Positions 26,112 to 32,000 of a DNA stretch of 32,000 nt are shown piece after piece. This stretch comes from Planctopirus limnophila DSM 3776 (GTDB lineage: Bacteria; Planctomycetota; Planctomycetia; Planctomycetales; Planctomycetaceae), in NCBI RefSeq assembly GCF_000092105.1, contig NC_014148.1, positions 1,110,001 to 1,142,000 on the forward strand, written 5' to 3'. Position 1 is the first letter of the stretch. Each line of letters begins with the position of its first letter. The position numbers and the translations under genes were made by a program. The notes under the pieces are model-generated. The model worked only from the letters and a program-made list of their open reading frames with translations. It was not told where the DNA came from and searched no databases.

Positions 26112-27797
26112 ATGTTGAATCCCACGCTTGCCGCTCGCGTGATGGACTCTCTGTTGCCTGAGTCACTGTTTGTCAAAGCAGGACGAATGGCTGCCGTATT
26201 TTCCAAAACGCTGTTTTTCTGCAGCATGACTTTTGTTAGCATGGCGAACGATTCACCTCCCAAGCTGGAGAGTCGGATGAGCCATGTGCAGTCGTTTGCA
26301 GATCTGGATCTGGTGGCCAGTGAACTGGCGAAAGGTCCCGTTCTCCCGACAGATCCTTTGCCTCAATCGCTGGCCGAGATGACTTATGATCAGCACCGGA
26401 TGATTCGCTTTCGGCCAGAGCGAAGTTTCTGGCTGGATGAGAAGCGGCCCTATTGGTTGCAGACCTTCCATCGCGGTTTCGTGCACAAAGACCAGGTGCA
26501 GCTTTACCTGTTGGAATCTCTGGGGTTGGGGGTCGCCACACAGAATTCTGTCCGGCCAAGGCTGGTAGAGTTCGATAAGGCTCATTTCAAGTACGAAGGC
26601 GACTTGAAGGCGGGGGATTTGCCGGCCGATCTCGGTTATGCGGGCGTCCGCTTCATTGGATTTTTCCCGGGCAATCCGCAGTATTCGGAAGTCGCCTCGT
26701 TTGTGGGTGCCAGTTACTTCCGGGCTCACAGTGAGAAGACAGTCTGGGGCTCTTCGGCCCGTGGCTTGGCGATTAACTGCGGGCTTCCTAAAGCGGAAGA
26801 GTTTCCGGTCTTTCGGGCGTTTTATGTGCAACAACCCAAGCCGGGTGATTTGTCGCTCACCTTTCTGGCACTGCTTGATAGCGAGAGTGTGGCGGGGGCT
26901 TATCAGTTCGTGATGACTCCTGGAATTGAGGCGACCACCTTTGATGTGACGGCTCGTCTGCATTTCCGCAAAGTTCCCGAGAAGTTGGGGATCGCGCCCT
27001 TAACCAGCATGTGGATGTGGGGTGATGCGTTGGCAGGTCCCAAAGGCGATCACCGCCCCGAAGTGCATGATGCCGACGGTTTGCTGATGAAGGGTGGCGA
27101 TGGTCAGTGGGCCTGGAGAAGTTTTTACAGGCAGAATTACCCATCGCTGGTGCGATACCCGTTTGAAAAGCTCGCAGGCTTTGGCGTCATTCAGCGCGAT
27201 CGAAATTCCGAGCATTACAAAGATGATGAGGCGCGGTATTCGGAGCGTCCCAGTGTCTGGATCGAACCACAGGTTCCGTGGGAAAAGGGAGCTCTGGAAC
27301 TCCTGGAGTTGCCAGCGGAACATGAGGGGATCGATAACGTGGCAACGTGGTGGGTGCCTGATCAGAAGCCGGTCGTTGGTCAGCCACTGGATCTGAAGTA
27401 TCGAGTCAGTTTTTTTGGCGGTGATCCGCCCGAACATCAACAGGCGAAAGTCACGGCTGTTGATCTGGTTCGGGAAAGTCCCAAGAAGTTTGTCTTTCGA
27501 GTCGATCTAACTGGCGCACGTCTTGCAGAAGCGAATCCGGAGAAAGTGAATTTGGAACTGATCTCGATCCGCTGTGCGATCACTTCTCAGCGGATTGAAA
27601 AAGTTTCAGATCAGCAGTGGGTACTGCATCTTGTTGCCGAACCGACAGGTGAAGGCCCCCTGGAATTGATTGCCCGGCTGAGCGATGAAGGCCAGCCCAT
27701 CACAGAACGATGGAGTTATCTGTGCCCGTTGGAGGCTCCCCCGGTGGTTTTGCCACCGTGGCGTGTTCAACAGAATCAACAGGAGACATCTCGATGA
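26112..27797 (+). CDS. opgG: Periplasmic glucan biosynthesis protein, OpgG/OpgD (MdoG) family
   Basis: Shows MdoG-family similarity throughout (YDQHRMIRFRPERSFW, YWLQTFHRGF, FPVFRAFYVQQP, GFGVIQRDR, YSERPSVWIEP). It lies next to opgH. The start is uncertain (26112, or 26187 giving MAAVFSKTLFF...). Confidence 0.88.
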   Translation: MLNPTLAARVMDSLLPESLFVKAGRMAAVFSKTLFFCSMTFVSMANDSPPKLESRMSHVQSFADLDLVASELAKGPVLPTDPLPQSLAEMTYDQHRMIRFRPERSFWLDEKRPYWLQTFHRGFVHKDQVQLYLLESLGLGVATQNSVRPRLVEFDKAHFKYEGDLKAGDLPADLGYAGVRFIGFFPGNPQYSEVASFVGASYFRAHSEKTVWGSSARGLAINCGLPKAEEFPVFRAFYVQQPKPGDLSLTFLALLDSESVAGAYQFVMTPGIEATTFDVTARLHFRKVPEKLGIAPLTSMWMWGDALAGPKGDHRPEVHDADGLLMKGGDGQWAWRSFYRQNYPSLVRYPFEKLAGFGVIQRDRNSEHYKDDEARYSERPSVWIEPQVPWEKGALELLELPAEHEGIDNVATWWVPDQKPVVGQPLDLKYRVSFFGGDPPEHQQAKVTAVDLVRESPKKFVFRVDLTGARLAEANPEKVNLELISIRCAITSQRIEKVSDQQWVLHLVAEPTGEGPLELIARLSDEGQPITERWSYLCPLEAPPVVLPPWRVQQNQQETSR

Positions 27798-28453
27798 TCA
27801 TGGTTGCTTTCGCAGTTGAAGACTCACCGGTTGATCTGGGAAGCTCCGCACAGATTGTCGCCCGCTGCCATGTGGCCGACTATCTGCGAGATGCAGGGAT
27901 CCGGCATCCCGATCTGCTGTCGTCGCTTTCGAAACGATTTGTCGAAGAAGCTGAACAGCTTCTGGAAGATACGCAACCTGCAGGGATGGATGGGGAACAT
28001 CATCCTTACAGTGCTGCCGAGTTGTGTGAAGCGGCTTTGAGGCTGGCTTTACGTGAGCTCGAATCGACCGTGGAACTGTTTCCTGGTGCACAGGACTTCT
28101 CGGGCAAAATGACTGTGATTCCGGGCGGTTCGAATGGGGGAACAGCGGAATTGCAGGAGGCACCTGCGGAACTCGCCGAAGGGGTGGAAGCCGGCAGCAA
28201 GTCTTTGGGAAGCAGCAATAGCTCACGATATCTGGATCGTCGGCTTCAGGGGGCTGTGCCGCATCTCGCGCAGATTTCCATGGTAAGAATTCGGCCCAGT
28301 GATGTGGCTCCGGAAAGCCAGAGAATTGCCATGCGGGCCCAACTTCGTCCCAAGCTGTTGCGTGTCTTCCGCAAGGGCTACTGGCGAGGCGTCTGGAAGA
28401 ATTTGTGTCAGGTGCTCACCACAGTCAAGCTGCGACTCGAACCTGTCCGCTGA
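27794..28453 (+). CDS. Hypothetical protein, translationally coupled to opgG (ATGA overlap)
   Basis: 219 aa from the ATG at 27794, which overlaps the opgG TGA stop at 27795-27797. The first half is acidic, the centre is G/S/A/E-rich and the C-terminus is basic (RPKLLRVFRKGYWRGVWKNL). I recognise no domain. Confidence 0.5.
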   Translation: MIMVAFAVEDSPVDLGSSAQIVARCHVADYLRDAGIRHPDLLSSLSKRFVEEAEQLLEDTQPAGMDGEHHPYSAAELCEAALRLALRELESTVELFPGAQDFSGKMTVIPGGSNGGTAELQEAPAELAEGVEAGSKSLGSSNSSRYLDRRLQGAVPHLAQISMVRIRPSDVAPESQRIAMRAQLRPKLLRVFRKGYWRGVWKNLCQVLTTVKLRLEPVR

Positions 28454-28763
28454 GCCGAGAATGTTTGCGGAAGATACCTGGTGACTGGTGCTGGCCTTCG
28501 GAAATCGGATGCCCGCTCCAGTTTGTCTTCTGTTGCGATTGGCTTCCGAACAGGTGCGGACACAGTTTCCCCAAGGGAGTTTTCGAGAGGCAGTGTCTGA
28601 AAAGAGTCTCTATGAGTCAGAGATAAGCAAGCCCCTCGATAGTGACTGATGGATTGGTAGTGGCTCGATCAACGAAATCATTTTTCACCACCAGACGTTG
28701 TTTGTTCCCCGTTGAGGGTGCAACAGACAGCAGCGACTGGTTCATGCTCTCAGGATTAAATTC

Positions 28764-30815
28764 GTGAATGCCAGCAGCATCACTCCTTTGAAGGTCTCAC
28801 AGGTTTCTCAGCCGGGAAGTCGTCGCTTTCGACTGTCGCTCGCTGTGCTCACTCTGACGACAACCGCTTTTGCGATCTGGCTGTTTTTGTGGTCGTTGGG
28901 AGATATTTCCAAGAATCCGGCAACTTGGCTGCTGGTGCCTTTATTTGCTCTGCTGGTGCTGATCATTTCCTTCTCGTTCTGGACCAGCACCCTCGGCTTG
29001 TGGCTGACAATTACCCAGCGTCGCCAGTCAGCATCGACTTCGCAGTCATCGCACAGTTCTTTACCAAGAACGGCGATCCTGATGCCTGTTTACAATGAAA
29101 CTCCCGCCAGTGTGTTCGCGAATGTCCAGGCGATGATTGAATCGCTTGCCACCACACCGCATGCGGCGGACTTTGACCTGTTTGTTCTGAGTGATACGAC
29201 GAACCCGGATATCTGGCTGGAAGAGGAGCGGATGTGGGGCCGCCTTTGTCAGCGACTGACCGGCCCGACCAACGTTTTTTACCGCCGACGGCCGAAAAAT
29301 ACGGCACGCAAGGCGGGGAACATTGCTGATTTCTGTGAACGCTGGGGCACACAATACGATCTGATGATTGTGCTCGATGCCGACAGTGTGATGGATGGCC
29401 AGACGATGGTCGAAATGGCCCGTCGCATGCAGGATGACCCTGCCCTGGGAATTCTGCAGGTGCCACCTGTCCCTGTGAACCGGCTTTCATTTTTTGCACG
29501 ACTGCAGCAGTTCTCAGCCAGACTTTACAGCCCGGTCCATATGGAAGGCTTCAGTTCGTGGGCGAGCTTTGACAGCAACTACTGGGGACATAATGCGATT
29601 ATCCGCGTGGCTCCTTTTATTGATCACTGCGGGTTGCCCACACTCCCGGGCGTGGCACCCCTAGGTGGCGAAATTCTGAGCCACGATTTTGTAGAAGCCG
29701 CTCTGATGGCACGCGGTGGCTGGAAAGTGGCTCTCGCGCACGATCTGGCGGGGAGCTATGAAGAATGCCCCACGACACTGCTGGATTATGCGAAGCGAGA
29801 TCAGCGGTGGTGCCAGGGAAATCTGCAGCACATGCGGCTGATTATCAGCGAAGGTTTGAGGCCGATCAGCCGTCTGCATCTGGCCATGGGCGTGATGTCT
29901 TATCTGGCATCGCCTCTGTGGCTGCTGTTTACGCTGCTGGGGCTCTTGGCCATGGCGATCGACGGGATCTGGCTGGGGAGTACTCAAGAACGCATCAGCG
30001 GGCTGGTGGTCTTTGCCTTCACCATGTTTCTACTCATGGCCCCGAAGGTCTGGAGTCTGGTGGCTTTGGCGTTTGATCGCCCGCGAAGAGAACAGTTCGG
30101 TGGCTGGTCGAAGATTATTCCCAGCGTGCTGATCGAAACCGCCGCCTCAGTGCTCGTGGCGCCCATCATGATGCTGTTTCATACACGATTTGTAATTTCC
30201 ACCTTATTGGGCGAGAAAGTGCAGTGGAATGCCCAGAACCGGGGAGATGGTGATATTGATTTTCTGGCGGCCTGCCGGGTTTTTGGCCCGCATACATTGA
30301 CCGGGCTGGTGGGAAGTGCCTTGATACTTTTCTTTGCTCCCGGCCTGTTTTTGTGGTTATCGCCCATTCTGCTGGGGTTATCGCTGACCATTCCTTTCTC
30401 GAGAATTCTGGGCAGTGTCGAACTGGGGCAATGGCTCGCTCATCGGCGACTGCTCCTGATTCCAGAAGAATCGGAACTCACACCGATTCTCAAGCTGCAG
30501 CAGCGTGCTCTGGAACAGCATGAGCAATACGCGAATGCCCATGATCGCAGCCAGTTACTCGGAGAGTTGCTTTCCGACCCGGGCTTTCAAGCATTGCATG
30601 CTTCGATCCTGCAGCAGACAGCCGCTGGGCTCCCGGCTCCGGAAGCCAAAGTTCGCGAATGGACTCAAGCCATACTTACTCAAGGGCCCGAGAGTTTGAG
30701 TGTCGAGGATCGCCGGCAGCTATTACTCGATCGAGAGGCACTGCGTGAATTGCATATTCAGTATCGAGTGCGGCAATTACATCCCGATCAGGCAGCGACT
30801 GCTTCGCCTATGTAG
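28764..30815 (+). CDS. opgH: Glucans biosynthesis glucosyltransferase H (OpgH/MdoH), GT2 family
   Basis: 683 aa. N-terminal TM helices, then AILMPVYNE, VLDADS, GHNAIIR and RDQRWCQGNLQH, then multiple C-terminal TM helices. The GTG start is the first canonical start after an in-frame stop, with AGGA 8 nt upstream. Confidence 0.9.
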   Translation: MNASSITPLKVSQVSQPGSRRFRLSLAVLTLTTTAFAIWLFLWSLGDISKNPATWLLVPLFALLVLIISFSFWTSTLGLWLTITQRRQSASTSQSSHSSLPRTAILMPVYNETPASVFANVQAMIESLATTPHAADFDLFVLSDTTNPDIWLEEERMWGRLCQRLTGPTNVFYRRRPKNTARKAGNIADFCERWGTQYDLMIVLDADSVMDGQTMVEMARRMQDDPALGILQVPPVPVNRLSFFARLQQFSARLYSPVHMEGFSSWASFDSNYWGHNAIIRVAPFIDHCGLPTLPGVAPLGGEILSHDFVEAALMARGGWKVALAHDLAGSYEECPTTLLDYAKRDQRWCQGNLQHMRLIISEGLRPISRLHLAMGVMSYLASPLWLLFTLLGLLAMAIDGIWLGSTQERISGLVVFAFTMFLLMAPKVWSLVALAFDRPRREQFGGWSKIIPSVLIETAASVLVAPIMMLFHTRFVISTLLGEKVQWNAQNRGDGDIDFLAACRVFGPHTLTGLVGSALILFFAPGLFLWLSPILLGLSLTIPFSRILGSVELGQWLAHRRLLLIPEESELTPILKLQQRALEQHEQYANAHDRSQLLGELLSDPGFQALHASILQQTAAGLPAPEAKVREWTQAILTQGPESLSVEDRRQLLLDREALRELHIQYRVRQLHPDQAATASPM

Positions 30816-30843
30816 ATGACCTCAATGGATGAGTTTCGGCTGT

Positions 30844-32000
30844 TTAATAGTTAATCTGGAACTGACAGCGAATGATATCTCCGCGGAATTGTCCATAAGA
30901 TGTTCCTGAGGAGCGAGCCGAGACATTTGTACGATCGGCTATCGTGTACTGAGTAGAAAATTCCATCTGCGGATTGATCTGCCACTCGAAACCCAGTTCC
31001 CATTCGTTGATCGTGCCGTAGGGGGCGTTGGCGAAATTCTTGAGTCCACCCTGATAATAGGTGTAGCGACCAAAAGGGAAGATGGTGCCGTGTGACTCGG
31101 TTTCCAGACGGTATAAGGCCATGACATAGCCACCAGTCAATGAGCGTTTGACGACAGCCGTCTGCTCGTCATTGAGGCCGGGGCCATTGCCAATATTCCA
31201 CTCGGCCTGCAAGCCCCAGGGTTGAGGATACCAGACGAACGTCCCTGCCAGGCGCTGATCGACAATGCCACCATCATCTCCGGCTCCAATGGTGCCCGCG
31301 GGGATCATGGCGGGGGGCACACCTAATGGTCGAATGGGAGCAGAGCCCACGACATACTTTCCGGTGTAGGCCTGTACGCCCATTTCGAGAATCTGGCCGT
31401 TATCGAGCTTATGAGGGACAGACAGTCGTGTGTAAAGGTGCAGGTTGTCATTTTCTTCGAGAGTCGAGCCCCCTTGACCGTTAAAAGCCCCAATGCCGAA
31501 GACACCGTAGTTTCCAGAACCTTTGAGACCTCGATCGAGAACTTCTTTGAAAAGGTCCTGAGCTCCTTCAGGTGTCCAGTAGTAGACGACACCCAGATCG
31601 CGCTCGTTTCTGGTCGCTGAGTTAATGCTGTCGCTGCGATCCAGGGGAGCCCGGTTGGAACTGGATTGGAGGTCTTCCCAGCCGTAAGGGACTTTGGACT
31701 GTCCGATACGAACGCGGTGAACTTTATCCTCATCGAAGTACAGATCGCCATACCAGTCGCGGATCTGTGCATAGTAGGTCGAATCGTCACTATCCGGCAC
31801 CGTGGAGGCGAAATCGGTTTGAAGATAGACATACAGATTCTCGGAGACATCGCCTGAGATGATCAGTCGTGCCCGTCGAATGAGAAATGACTGATCATCA
31901 CTGACCGAGCGGTCGCCAATGAGTTGAGCCGGTGCGCCGTCTTCATCGACCACGAAGTTGTATCGAAACTGGGCATAACCCCTGATGCTCAGGCGGTCGT
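30844..32000 (-). CDS. Phosphate-selective porin O/P family outer-membrane protein (5' end beyond the window)
   Basis: FLIRRARLIISGDVSENLYVYLQTDFA and the beta-barrel-like alternating pattern through to the C-terminal ...RCQFQINY. The reading frame stays open upstream of the GTG at 31953 through nt 32000 (DRLSIRGYAQFRYNFV...), so the gene is truncated by the window edge. Confidence 0.8.
   Translation of the reverse strand, partial: DRLSIRGYAQFRYNFVVDEDGAPAQLIGDRSVSDDQSFLIRRARLIISGDVSENLYVYLQTDFASTVPDSDDSTYYAQIRDWYGDLYFDEDKVHRVRIGQSKVPYGWEDLQSSSNRAPLDRSDSINSATRNERDLGVVYYWTPEGAQDLFKEVLDRGLKGSGNYGVFGIGAFNGQGGSTLEENDNLHLYTRLSVPHKLDNGQILEMGVQAYTGKYVVGSAPIRPLGVPPAMIPAGTIGAGDDGGIVDQRLAGTFVWYPQPWGLQAEWNIGNGPGLNDEQTAVVKRSLTGGYVMALYRLETESHGTIFPFGRYTYYQGGLKNFANAPYGTINEWELGFEWQINPQMEFSTQYTIADRTNVSARSSGTSYGQFRGDIIRCQFQINY

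Overview
Hand analysis only; no BLAST, HMM or RNA-folding search was run. The window looks like ordinary chromosomal DNA from a moderately GC-rich bacterium, probably a member of the Planctomycetota. That assignment is an inference from three things: a DUF1559-type protein with a prepilin N-terminal methylation motif and its usual small lipoprotein partner, an Flp pilin, and long spacers and proteins with low-complexity tails. I support about 27 protein-coding genes. They are rpsR; moaD-moaE; a YdiJ-like FAD/Fe-S dehydrogenase; a metallophosphatase; a membrane VWA protein; an alpha/beta hydrolase; a Tat-signal protein, HAD hydrolase and folK in one co-directional run; the DUF1559 gene plus lipoprotein; an FHA protein; an SDR; a secreted serine hydrolase; a TPP-dependent 2-keto-acid decarboxylase; an opgG-orf-opgH glucan cluster; and a phosphate-porin-family gene truncated by the window end. 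I saw no rRNA, tRNA or CRISPR array. I found no large novel multi-gene system. The most interesting items are these. (1) A 1.35-kb AT-rich REP/RAYT island at 21.4-22.75 kb, where an IS200-like HUH/Y1 transposase is bracketed by inverted 56-nt hairpin repeats and an ankyrin-repeat gene sits inside a second repeat pair. (2) An orphan SMI1/KNR4 (SUKH) immunity-type gene in another AT-rich patch. (3) A fusion of a Cys-phosphatase-like domain (HCX5R) with a class II cytochrome c-like domain (C-terminal CXXCH). (4) A 57-aa Flp pilin gene that falls below the ORF-track cutoff. (5) An uncharacterised ORF translationally coupled to opgG, between opgG and opgH. (6) A second palindrome-containing repeat of about 51-60 nt at two convergent gene junctions.
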